DNA of 64,000 bases from Macrostomum hystrix. Taxonomy: Eukaryota; Animalia; Platyhelminthes. The stretch spans positions 9,486,001-9,550,000 of the forward strand of contig CATNEN010000025.1 of assembly GCA_950097015.1 (NCBI GenBank), in the 5' to 3' direction. Positions 41,044-52,790 of this stretch are shown here, one piece after another. The notes below the pieces were generated by a model. The model saw only the letters and a program-made list of their open reading frames with translations, had not been told where the DNA came from and did not search any database. The first letter of the stretch is position 1. The number at the start of each line of letters is the position of its first letter. Position numbers and translations under genes: made by a program.

Positions 41044-42580
41044 GTATTGCTTTTTGCATGCTAGGTGAGACTTTTTTCAAGCAACCTGAGACTGAATAGC
41101 AAAAACACTATTGTCTATGGCCACCACTCGCTGCAACCCAGCTTTTTGGGCGCGCCTTGCAAGCAAAGTAAGTAATTTTTAAAGCTAAGTGAGAACCATA
41201 TTGAAAAAAAAGCCTGGGCTATGGCAAATCAACTGCGTTTAACAAGCAACGAGGATAGAGAGCGCCTGGTCAATGCCATCGAAGATGGTTACTCAATTTC
41301 GACTGCGTCCAAAATCCTTAATCTGAACAAGAAGACGGCATATCGGATATGGAGTCGCTACGCAGCTACTGGTGAGATCCATGCGTTGCAACGCGGTGAC
41401 CGCAAGCCGGGGTCAACAAAAATGGATGCTGAAATGCGGAATGCCGTTGAGCAGATAGTTGAGCGAAATCCCTATGTTACTCTGACGGATGTGCAGAGAA
41501 AACTGACTTTGGAGTTGCCACAAAATCTCTGAATCCACCATTGCTAGAGCGATGAACTCCATGCTTATCTCACTGAAAGTCGCCACCAAGGATGCCGACG
41601 TGAGGCTTGCTGCGAATACCCAGGATGTGATACAAGCGAGGCGCGACAATGCTATGATGATGACGGGACTGCCTGTGAATGACCTGGCTGTGTTTATCCT
41701 GAGACTGGCTACAACCTATGGACGAGAAGGACGCAGGGTCGAGCAAGAGTTGGCCAGCCTGTGCGACGAACGGTGGTAATGCAGAGGGGTCCCAACATGA
41801 CGATGTGCTTGGCAGTGTCATCTGACCTGGGTCTTGTCCACTGTACGCTGCAGCGAGGTGGTCAGACACGAGAGAGATTTCAGCAGTTTATTTTGGAGCT
41901 GTCTAACATCATACAGGCCGATGCTCCTGGCAGACGAGTTATTCTCATTTTCGATGGTCCAAATTTTCACCAAGGGATTGAGATACCTGAGCAGTTTGAG
42001 GATCTCATTCGTCTGCAAATTTTACCGGCGTACTCGCCGCTTTTGAATCCCGTGGAGATGGCGCACAGCGCTCTTAAGATGAGATCAAGCATCGCCTTAT
42101 AGAGCCCGCAATCGTGTGACTGAGGAAAACGTTTGCCCACCAGGCATGACACGAGATTATTGGCGATACATGCAGATGGATCGGCTTGGAAGAGAATCGC
42201 TGCATGTCATTACTCCGCACAAGATCGCAGGCTGGGAGCTCCACTGCACTCGAAAGTTTGCTCAGTGTATCAACATGCAACCCTTTATTTGAACGCTTAT
42301 AACATTATCAACAAATTTTGCACCGCTTGTTTTGTTGTGTTCCTGCGTATCCTTTTCCAAATATACAGTTTCCAACAGTACATCATTTTGTAATTTCGTA
42401 AAACCACCACTTTGTTTTCAATATGGTTCTCACTTAGCGTTAAAAAATTCTCACTTTGCTTGCAAGGCGCGTGCCCAAAAAGCTGGGCTGCAGCGAGGGG
42501 TGGCCATAGACAATTGTGTTTTTGCTATTCAGTCTCAGATTGCTTGAAAAAAGTCTCACTTAGAATGCAAAAACCAATAC
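41044..42580 (+). mobile_element. IS630/Tc1-like DNA transposon remnant A with about 165-bp inverted repeats (41044-41207 / 42415-42580)
   Basis: HTH region (41221-41532), damaged VFI(D)ETGYNLWT, IFDGPNFH and PAYSPLLNPVE. Several stops and frameshifts. Arms are about 92% identical by manual alignment. Confidence 0.85.
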
Positions 42581-44434
42581 TTACTTGTGCAATGTTTATA
42601 AAGAAACGGATCAAAAGCCTACCCTGTACTACAAAGTACAAAGTACAAAGTACAAACAAACAATACCAAAATATAGACCTACATCTAGTCTATAGTATAC
42701 CTTTTTGCGTTCTATTTGGGCTTTCTTGCGAGCCATTTGGGCAGCGCAGGCAGTGGTGAGCGAGACTGGATAGTCACTTGGCGACACCATAAAATGCCAC
42801 ACCACAAATTTGAAAACGAAAAACAAGCAACGTTCTTCAGTCATTCAGCAAATACCCCACGTTAGTCACTTGTAAAGGCGGACAGAAGACTCACAGGTAG
42901 ATCGAAAGCTTTGTACCATTTTTCTCCAGAACTACAGTAGGCTTCGGTTCGCAGTGTGGCTTGTTGGCCTCGGATTCAGACTTCTTGCACTCGGCAGTCT
43001 GTGTAACAATCTCCACCATGCGCTCACCCGCCTCAGCAGCATATGCCGACTTCTTGACAATAGCATGTTCAACAACGGAATCTGGCGTCTTAACTCTTGC
43101 CGTTCGGCACAGTAAGTTCTCTGAAATCATTCGGCTCAGACCTCTCTTTTGACCCAAGGAGAGTACCTTCGTGTACCTCTGCACAGACTCGGCTTTTTTG
43201 TGTCCGGATACAACTTGAATGTGCTCGACAGGCACATCACGGGCGGCAAGGTCAGTTATGACTGTTGGTCGAATGCAGTGATAAGTGTAGCATTTTGATA
43301 AGTCAGCCCGCATGGAAATCGTTTTCATCATGGAATCCAGCGTATTTTTGCCCAACACCTCCTTGGTGCAGTACCATTCACCAATCTGCCACTTCGGGGG
43401 CGAGGGAACAGCGCTGTTCCCCCTGCCGGTAGCCTGCTTAGGTAGAGCTTCAGCGCCTGAACGGGGCATTTTGGGTCGCCAGGCAGCGCGAAAATTCCAA
43501 TCTGCTTCATGCTTCCAGGACTGACAGCTTTCACACACTTCTCCTTTTTCTCCTTCAGCAGATCAACGAATTCCACGCCACTGGCATCCTTCCCGAAGAC
43601 AATGTCTTTCCTGTCTAGTCCCCGGATCGCCTCCCTGCCACGGAAAGCAAAGTGTGACATGAGCAGGTAAAACACTTCGTCTTGCAGAGTCGTCGGGGTG
43701 GATCGGTCAAAGTACGACTGTAGTTGCACCTTGTCCTCATCTTCGATGGGCTAAAAGCCGGAGGACACTAAAGTAGTCTGCCTCTGGCGAAGGCTTCTAG
43801 TTATTGCCGCCTTGTAGGTTGTATCGAATTGAGCAAAAGCTGGATTCCCAATGATACCAGTTCCTACGGTAGATAGCAGGTGCCTGTGCAGACTGGCGCG
43901 AATGCAGGCCAAAGATGGTGGAGCGAATTTTAACCGTCAGCCTTTCGCAGCCTCACGAAAAACAGTCGCAAATATTCGATAAGATATTTCGTCTCTCATC
44001 GCGACAGCAACGCCAACGACGTTGTTCAGGAAGGCTTCAAACTTTGCGAAGTGCTGAGTAGTTTGTGCAGCCGTAGTTCACTTCAGCTTCACTTCAGCAT
44101 CAGTCTCCGCATCCCGCACTTCCTTCAATTGCTCCTCGGTGAGTGTAGAGTCCTCACAATCAAATCCCATCAAATCGCTTGCCTGCGCTGCAGTAAGTCC
44201 GGTATGCGAGCCGACTTTGTCGCTTGGAGCAAACGCAGAGGAGAAAACAAAGTCGACCTCTTCTTTTGTTAGGCCACAGATGTCTTCTTCTAATCTTGTC
44301 CCAGCGTATCATGTTTGTATGTCGACGCGAATTAAAATATTATAGCTTTTTGCGTTCAATTTTGGACAGCGGGCTTTCAATTTCGGCAAGGGTCTATGTG
44401 TCAGTCTCCCTTCCCCTCCCATTGGTGTCTATGG
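42504..44434 (-). mobile_element. Crypton-type tyrosine recombinase element (DUF3504-like), decayed; coding about 42891-44300
   Basis: FAFRGRE, KCPVQALKLYLSRLP, WYCTKEVLGKNTL, YHCIR, VSGHK, QRY: the R...HxxR...H...Y catalytic set is present. 1-nt loss in the C5 run at 43396-43400; in-frame TAG at 43751-43753. Bounded by TGGCCATAGACA ... TGTCTATGGCCA. Confidence 0.85.
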
Positions 44435-45586
44435 CCAGAAAATGCACAGACGGGCTTTCAAATTCGACAGCGGGCAATCAATTTCGGCATTAATCCACTT
44501 GAGCAAACATTTGAACGAAACGCGAACATTTTGTTGAATGAATTCAATGCAAACTGGGACACTACGATAGAGTCGCGAACGTGTGAAACAAGTCGGACCA
44601 CAAAGACGAAGATAGTCAACATTTATACCAAAATGTTTTCTCTAGCCAAGTACGGAGGGATGAATCGCAGGTGAGCTGAAACCAAGCACCGCACTTCTGC
44701 TGGGTGATGGCATCCATTGCCTCAACACCACAGCGCTGCAACACCATTATCCTCCAGTCCCTAGCGCTCATGTCCTCCGGAATAAGAGCAAATTCCTGCT
44801 GAACAACTGGCTGACTCAGTTGGCGCTTCACTGCAGCCTTGAACGCATTGTGTGCCAGCTCCACTGGGTTCAGGAATGGTGAGTATGGCAGCAAGGTGCG
44901 GAAGCTGATGCGACCTTCAAATTCCAGCCCCTGGTGAAACCGAGCCCCATCCAGCAGAATCACACACTGATGGCCTCTGGCAGATGAGCAGCAACGCTCT
45001 GGCAGATTCGAGGGACCAAAATCTGCACGCGCTCACGGTTCACAGAACCGATCTCAAGGCTATACTCCACCAAGCCGATAGTAGGAGAAGTTGCCAGAAT
45101 GAGGTTGAGTCCAGGGCTCTTCTGAGTGTGCACCAATCTGAGAACTGCCTTTCCTCGCACTCGAAGTATTCCAGCGGTTCTCCGCGCTGCCAAGCCTGGA
45201 TGACAAGATTTCTTTTGTCTCTGGATATCGTTGCATACTGCCGATGCTCCATGTTAAACTGTTAGATTTTAACAGAGAAGACTCAGTGTTGCTAAACTTT
45301 CTCCCTCTGTGATCTCTGTCAAATTAGCGAGCAGTCAAGCCAACAAATGGTAGAAGCAGAAGCTGCTTCTACCATAGACAGCTGCCACGAGCTGAGGATT
45401 TCCAGTAAGAAAGAAGTTCCAGTCAATCCGGTTGCATGCCGAAATTGATTGCCCGCTGTCGAATTTGAAAGCCCGTCTGTGCATTTTCTGGCCATAGACA
45501 CCAATGGGAGGGGATGGGAGACTGACACATAGACCCTTGCCGAAATTGAAAGCCCGCTGTCCAAAATTGAACGCAAAAAGCTATAA
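44340..45586 (-). mobile_element. IS630/Tc1-like transposase remnant B (internally deleted) with 151-bp inverted repeats (44340-44490 / 45436-45586)
   Basis: ATG at 45252 (YATISRDKRNLVI), KSPGLNLILATS, LLDGARFH, PYSPFLNPVELAH. Arms differ at 1 of 151 positions. Confidence 0.85.
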
Positions 45587-46449
45587 AACATAGAAGAGCC
45601 CAACTGGTCTGTCTGGGAAGCTCGTCCACTCAACTACTCGGCTTCGCCTCGGCCTGATAAATGCATCCTCGGACTTTCTTTTCCATAGAACATAAAATTA
45701 GAGGGTAATATAATATACTTAACTACGAAGAATTACTCTATGGTCAAAAGCCTCACTAACACTCTAGCCACGGCAGAGCATCCAACAAAAAAATCCGTCC
45801 ACTTTTTCCTCCGATTTTTCTTAATTACCCTACACCTAATGTATGCCTAGTGCTGTGACTCGATATGCTTTTCGAGTGTCCTCGTTGCCATATTTTAGTG
45901 GAGTCTTAGCATTTTTCCTTGCCTAGTTTTTATAAATAGCAAAAAACTGGAAACAATACTGTTCTGACTTTGCTATAAGCGCAAATAACTAAGACTGCTC
46001 TCTTGAGCGGACGCTAGAACTTTGTTGGCCGTTCTTCTAGCCTGCTTTTTTCCCAACTTTGGGAAGCACGCCGTTATATTTCTTTGCCCACATCCCCCCA
46101 GCCAGTCTGGGGCTTGGGCCCTTAGGCTTCGGTCTCGAGTACATGGGCGTTGGGGAGGGAAACAGACAGAGGGACCTGAGTGGGTCCGGTCCCGAAAAGT
46201 GAGACTCAGTTTAGCTCGCAGAGCAAGTGCACTCACACCATGTTCGCACAGTGCAGTCACAACAAATACCATTAGTACCCATGCTTTGCGGGCAACAATC
46301 GAAAATCCCTCGGGCGCCCTCTGGCTTTCCGATTTTTGCCCTAAAAGCATGGGTACTAATATACTATTGGCCAAGCCTACTCACGTAGCCTGTGACAATC
46401 GTGCATTGCCACATGTGGCAATAAAATCTATTTTTAGTTAATTGACATA

Positions 46450-47270
46450 GACCATAGACTACCAGGACTTCTCAGAATCGCTGCTACAAGTATAAAGGGA
46501 CTGAAAGAAGAAAAGCTGGACACAGCTTATTTGCTGCTTTAAAGCGCTTTGTTAACTGGAGCGCGATGATCAACTGGAGTCATTTGCCTGTTGACTCTAG
46601 CTTGATGGTGTCTCCGCAACCGAGCTGGAGCTGCTGAGCAATTTGAGTCGTGAAGACCATAGTGGGATGAAGAAATTGGACGATTTATCCTGTTTACGCC
46701 GACTTTACAAAGAATGACGACAGCATCGCAGGAGTAGAGCTGCCTGATCTGCCCGAGACTGGAGAGACTGCAGGCACATACGGGAGTGCCATCGACAAGA
46801 GGGAGTTGGATTCGCTTCCAAGAACTACTCGAGATCAAATGATACTACATGGACAGAAATTTGTGGACTACCTTAACTCTCTTGGTTACCCACTGGACGC
46901 TACGTATTATGAGAGTAGATCGAGATGCTGAACGAGTTTCGTCGCCTCTACTACTTCCGATTGGTGAAACCTGATGGCGACATGTACTCTGCGTCAAGCC
47001 TCGTCTGTATCAGCCGGGATCCAGTGATTTTTTCGCTACATGGTGAAGCAAGAGGTCAAAATCATCGACGCGCCTGAATTTGGCAGCGCGAATCGCATGA
47101 AAATCCGTGACAGTTCTGACTTCAGGCAGAAGCGTGAAGCGATTCGAGGTGGCTGACCTCAAGAAGCTTTATGAGTACTTTAATCGGTTTGCGTACTTTT
47201 GTATTAGTACTTTTGCGTACTTTTACGCCAAAACGCTGAAAAACGAATGAGCAGATCGTAGTCTATGGTC
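46450..47270 (+). mobile_element. Second Crypton-type remnant (N-terminal part only) with 13-bp terminal inverted repeats
   Basis: LNEFRRLYYFRLVKPDGDMYSASSLVCISR, IIDAPEFGSAN and FEVADLKKLYEYFNR align to RLRKADG..PSLACIR, IIGNPAF and IEDEDKVQLQSYFDR of the first recombinase. Ends are GACCATAGACTAC / GTAGTCTATGGTC. Confidence 0.75.
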
Positions 47271-48169
47271 AGAACATCAATGTCTGCGTGTGACAATAAG
47301 AAGCGTTGCTAGTAGGCTTGATCTGTGACAATACAGCATAGAGTTAAGTAATTAGTTGTATAATCCATCTCGGCCCGTCGACCGGGTGGAAACTCTATAT
47401 GCGCTCACTCTGATATGCAATTTAACAAAAGCAAATTTATACGTAACTCTTTTATACCTTTTGGCTCTCGACTAGAAACCACCGCCTTTGACTTTGCGCC
47501 TTGCGCCCAGACTAAGTATACAGTATAGTATAGTATGTACAGCAGTATATACAGTATGATGCGTAATTGGCTAGTTGACGAAGTGACCAAATACAGGGAT
47601 GAGTCCAGCTGACGACCATTTGACGTAATGGCAGTTGACGAAGTGACCAGCAATGAGCTTTTATGTAAGGGTTATGAAAAAACATTAGAATAAAATCCAT
47701 AGTTCTTGATAAATGAGACGTGGAAATATATATTTAAAGAAGAGAATTACAGCTACTTATAGTGTAGCATTCAAATCGCTGTCTCACAGTGAGGCAGCGA
47801 ATGAAGTTTAAGTGCAAGGTTTTCAGTTCTAAATAGTGCACTGTTTATATTAACGCGTTTGTATAGTAAAAATATTTATAAGGGCGCTTTTTAGCTCCTG
47901 GAGTAAAACTTAATTCAGCAAGGTGGTTTAAAACGAACAGGTGAAAGCCTTGCGCCGTGAAGCAGAATAAGGAACATTAGTCTTCTTGTGGATTAGCAGG
48001 ATTGCACAGTGTGGCAGGTATTCATTATAATAATACTTACATCACTTGGTGACAATAGACCCGCAGCCAGCGAGGAGGCAATTCTGCCCTTTTCACTGAC
48101 TCCTGAGAACACACGCACAGATATTGTTTGCAGGCACACACTCACACAGCGATGTACATCTGCCCTGAC

Positions 48170-48400
48170 TCATCATCTCATCATCATGCAGTGTAGACAT
48201 CTGCCCTGACTCATCATCTCATCATCATGCAGTGTAGACATCTGCCCTGACTCATCATCTCATCATCATGCAGTGTAGACATCTGCCCTGACTCATCATC
48301 TCATCATCATGCAGTGTAGACATCTGCCCTGACTCATCATCTCATCATCATGCAGTGTAGACATCTGCCCTGACTCATCATCTCATCATCATGCAGTATA
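48170..48400. repeat. 41-bp minisatellite (CTCATCATCTCATCATCATGCAGTGTAGACATCTGCCCTGA)
   Basis: 5-6 copies. Confidence 0.92.
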
Positions 48401-48409
48401 GACTTTCAA

Positions 48410-48535
48410 GGGTGTAAATCGCACAAGCCCCCAAGCCTTCTCTCCGCGGCTGCGCCCCAAATGAATGGCCTCACCGTAGAACCGAGCTCAGGGACCCTGG
48501 TGTAAGAGGCAGACGCGTTAACAGCTCTGCCACTC
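48410..48535 (-). mobile_element. Probable tRNA-headed SINE fragment (second family)
   Basis: Minus strand GTGGCAGAGCTGTTAACGCGTCTGCCTCTTACACC resembles a tRNA 5' half; no complete cloverleaf. Confidence 0.4.
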
Positions 48536-50015
48536 CTCCCCATTTATAAAAGACCTAAATTCCCTAGGTACTAGTACCAATTATCCTGCACTAAATAGAT
48601 ACCATTGAGTTTACAGAAAAGCAGCACTTTTTAGATTAAATCTTTCACTGCCGTGCTGAACCTGCTAAGCTTTAAAAGTGCCTGAATATAAATAGTATAA
48701 ATAGAAATTGATATAAAGCATGTTTCAGATTCGCACAATCATGCAAAGCGTAAAATATCTGCCGGTAGGTTAAAGTAAAGATAAACAGAAAAAGGGGATA
48801 ACACTGTTTCACAGGGAGCCTTCAGTTGCAAAGTGAGTTAGAAGCACGATAACGATCAGTTACCTAACATAAGGTAAATTTCCAAAAGTTAAGAAAACCA
48901 AATGTTTAGCACGACAACAAAATTTACCTCGCAAAACAAACCAAAGCGACATTAGCCAACACAAAATATTTATTTTGCTTAACAGAGCTGAGATGCTGTA
49001 TAGATTTTAATAAGGAAAAACTTATAAGACGAGACAGTATCATGAAAGGACATTACATAGTAATGCCTACGGTACTTCAGATTGGAGACAACATGTACCA
49101 AGGCAAAATAGAAAATTAAGCAGAGTACGTATGAAAATATATAATATTACCGGGCCTTAACAGGTAAAAAGACAACAACTAATTCTATTATTTTAGCGAG
49201 GCCTATTTAAAAAGGTGCTCGAACTCTAAAATAAAAAGCAAAAAAGTTAACATCGATGGCAACCGATGATCTGTAAGTATATTGATGAAGAAAAGGAAGC
49301 TAAAAAAACACTCGAAATGAATTTCTAGCAAGTTGAAAACAGATTTTTACGTACTTGATTTTGTACAACAGGGGGCTAAATAATTAGTAGTGCTCCAGCT
49401 AAATCAAAGTATTATGTAGTCATGCGGTGCAGCATATCAAGTTAATTTTTGTTTATACTCGTACGATAATACGCTCGTCACATGCGACCACACAAAGCAG
49501 AAATGTTATGAAAGGTATACGCTAGAAGTTACTAACTAAATGAAAACTTCAATACATGATTCGCTGGCTGGTTAACTTTCACAAGGCGCGATAAATATTT
49601 AGAAGAAACACGATAAAACCGAATAATTATTGAAGAAAAATATTTAACAAAGCCAGGCATGTAGCATAAATCAACGATGGCTATAGAAAGATTTTTACAA
49701 GTAAAGAAGCCGATTAACTGTTTATTCGCTTAGTAAATACTTGAATCATGATGACAGACTAAATTTTCACGACAAAAATGATTTTTCAATTTTTTTAATT
49801 TAATATTTTAATTAAATGAGCATTTAAGCAGCTTCTTAAACATGCATTACCGATTTAGTTTAGATGAATCAACACAAAAAACTGACAACTCAGCTTTTTC
49901 CTCCATCTCAGACCGGCAACAAGCTAAACAGATTTAGGCAACTCTCTGCCCACCAATCAAACACTCAATTCACTTGAGATGGTATCCTTCGACATTGTCC
50001 AGCCAAGCCAAGCCT

Positions 50016-52712
50016 CTAAGCCACGGCGTTTCCATCACCTTTGAAATCCCGAGGTTCCATCCTCATTAGCGGCTTCTGGCTTTCTTTCTCTTTCTGATTA
50101 CCCTGCCGTGGCGGCTCGTCCCCATTAGTTGATTGCGGCTGCTGTCCTCTTCGACGACAAAAGTAGACAACGACACCAATCACAATAGCCATGATGATAA
50201 CAAGGGCAACAGCAATCACAATAATAATGATAGTATTGTCGGCTGGAGGCACTACTGTGGTTGGTGGCGGAGTCGTAGTCGTTGTTGGCAGCACGATGTC
50301 GCAGGTGCGGAACAGCTGCGGGTGCAGGTCACCCTTGGTTTTAGGAATCTGGCTGAACTGGATCAGAGCTGGCATCGAATCGTTGCCTGGCACACAGGAA
50401 AAATGCACGCTGCCGTTGCTAAGCCAATTTAGGGCTACAGGCGCTGGGTTTTTATTACAGCCGGTCAAAATCTCACGAGTCCTGAAATCGAATAATTGAC
50501 ATTCTAAACCATATGATATTTACAATATCCTTTAGACTAGACTCGGGATAGAGAAGCAGCACTCACACTTTCACTTGCTTGACAATGCAGTCGTCTATCG
50601 GATCTGAGTAAAACATGACCGGGTCCTCCTCGCTGAAGGAGGATTCGTTCACAAAGTAGCCGGTCCACAGTCTGAGATTAGTCAGGTCCAGTGGCGACTC
50701 GTAAGGATACTCGTCTTTCCTGGCTTTGTCTGAGGGAAGCGCAAAGAGGTGACAAGATTGAGCACAATTGAGCAAAAGTATCCTCATCAGAAATTCGAAA
50801 AAGAAATGCGTACTTCTCTCAGAGAATCTGCGCAGAAAGTCTAAGATATCCCGGCCAGAAGAGGCGTTTCGGACAGTGAAAAAGTTGCCGAGGTAGAGTT
50901 TTCCAACCTGATTGGATTGAGCTGGCGACACATTCTCAGGAGTGACCAGGTAGCAGTAGTTATCGAGATCCATCATTTTCAAGTGGCAAAATTTTGGGTC
51001 CAGCGCCCACGCATCCAACTGCAATCCCTTGGCATCGGAGCGGACTTGCTCATTGTCAGACCGGAATTGCGCAGTCAGGTAGTACGACCTGCAGAGTGAA
51101 GTGGTAAGTGAGGCAGCAGGGTCTCAACTCGCATTCTCATAAGAGAGCTCAGTAAGAAGCTGCAGTGCTACTCACGGGTCCCACAAGTTGATTATTTGCT
51201 GCCTGAACGGCAAGAATCGGAAACTGCGTGACACGGACGATTCACTGCACCAGGACTCCCGCCGCCAAGCAGCTGAAATGTGTGCAGTCGGCTGATAGCA
51301 GCTGTTGTAAATACTCAATAATAATTAAACAGAGATGTTCGCAATATTTATAGAGTTACGAAATTACACTCATAAAGCCAAAACGAAAGCACCACATTTT
51401 CCTTAATAAAAAGTCACACATTGCCTGCTTGTACTTTTACGTTAAAATTTTAATTTTAGGCGAAAGCCGACGAAATTACTGTGACTCGGAGTTTTAGCTG
51501 AATTACTATAAATGATTTCTCCTTGATAGGAGTGTTGAATTGTCGAGGGTTGAGAGGAAACTTATAGGAAACTTTTATCTTAAGCCAACCACTCACTCTC
51601 GTTGTACTTATGCCAGAAGCTGAACACGTCGGTTTTGTTGCAAAACGGGTCAATATTGTTGTCAAAGTCCACCACGGGCACGTCAATGTACATCTGTCTG
51701 GGCTGGTCATAGTTGATCACGCTCAGAAGATACCCGCACTCCAGGTTCTTCCTATAGCCCGGATCACCTCGGACATACGTCATCACCTGAAACAGCAGAC
51801 GCAGCTTTATTTTATCCTGGCTCCTTGCAGCTGACTGGATAGAACCGCACGAATAGAAGCTAAATGTGTCTTGGAGGTTGAGCAAGTCGTTTAAATAGCA
51901 TTTTCTTCACACTTAGCCATCTATATAACTAGTGCCAGCATATTAGCTTAGGTAAAAATTTTTGTGGGGAGTCGCGGCCTCCTCAGTCCACGTACAGGCA
52001 CACAGCCTTTGAAAGCGCAGTCTATTGTCATTGGCTGCAAATCTGACACAACTTGGTGCTAATAAAACTCGCCTACTTGGCTATTCTTAAGGCATCGCTT
52101 ACGTACTCAGTACATAAGTATCCTTTAATCTAAGGATTTCTTATCTTCTGGTCGATAAAGGCCGTTTGCAACATACTACTCACCATCATCGCGTTGATGT
52201 CTCCAATTTTGACGGGGTCTTCGCGGCGTGCGTTGTGTAGGCAGTGCCAATCTGCAGACCTGGCAGTATCTGACAATGTTTAATAAATAATTAATAGTAC
52301 AGATTTTTAATAAAATTATATGAAATCAGGGTTTTTAGCCTAGTGGTTTTCTCAAACTAATCGACTTGAAGGTCGGGGGTTCGATTCCGCCTTCGCTGGA
52401 ACAATTCGTGTCCACTAGCAGGACAACTCACTCAGCATTGCTTCAGTTCACCCAGCTGTTAAACGGGTACTAGCTGGTAATTGAGGGTAGGTGTGGCCCC
52501 CGGTCCATGGACTGAACAGCTGCATGCTGCCTTCAGATGAGCCGCGCAATAGCTACGGCTGTGCTGTGTTGCACATGTAGCCCCAACGGGCAATTGTAAT
52601 CAGCGAATATAATTAATAATCAATATCATTATGTAACCTCAACGAACAAGCCACTTAACTTACCGATCAGCAGCAGAGAAATAACGATTAATGAGCTCAG
52701 CTTTGTAGTCAT
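50016..52712 (-). CDS. Type I membrane protein A: signal peptide, divergent CUB-like, C-type-lectin-like, Thr/Pro stalk, TM, tail; 435 aa; join(52664-52712,52184-52251,51597-51786,51176-51272,50814-51088,50567-50729,50016-50481)
   Basis: MTTKLSSLIVISLLLI signal; GYRKNLECGYLL...VVDFD...FCNKTD...WCSE...FRSD...KGLQL (CUB pattern); NYCYLV...LWTGY (CTLD pattern); IIIIVIAVALVIIMAIVIGVVVYF TM followed by CRRR. All six introns are GT-AG, phase-consistent, total 1308 nt. Confidence 0.8.
52330..52620 (+). mobile_element. tRNA-derived CORE-type SINE in intron 1 of gene A
   Basis: TAGCCTAGTGG, GGTTCGATTCC, CATTGCTTCAGTTCACCCAGCTGTTAAACGGG, GTCCATGGACTGAACAGCTG; colinear with 38695-39008. Confidence 0.8.
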
Positions 52713-52790
52713 GTTGAGCTTTCAGTTCTGAAACAGAGTTCAAAAATTAGATTTATGATGTTAGGATGCAAAAGTTAGTGCCTTATAAAA

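Noticed and set aside
45973-46441. Overlapping 133- and 139-aa ORFs between the transposon remnants
   Set aside because: Alternative starts, no motifs and no support for coding.
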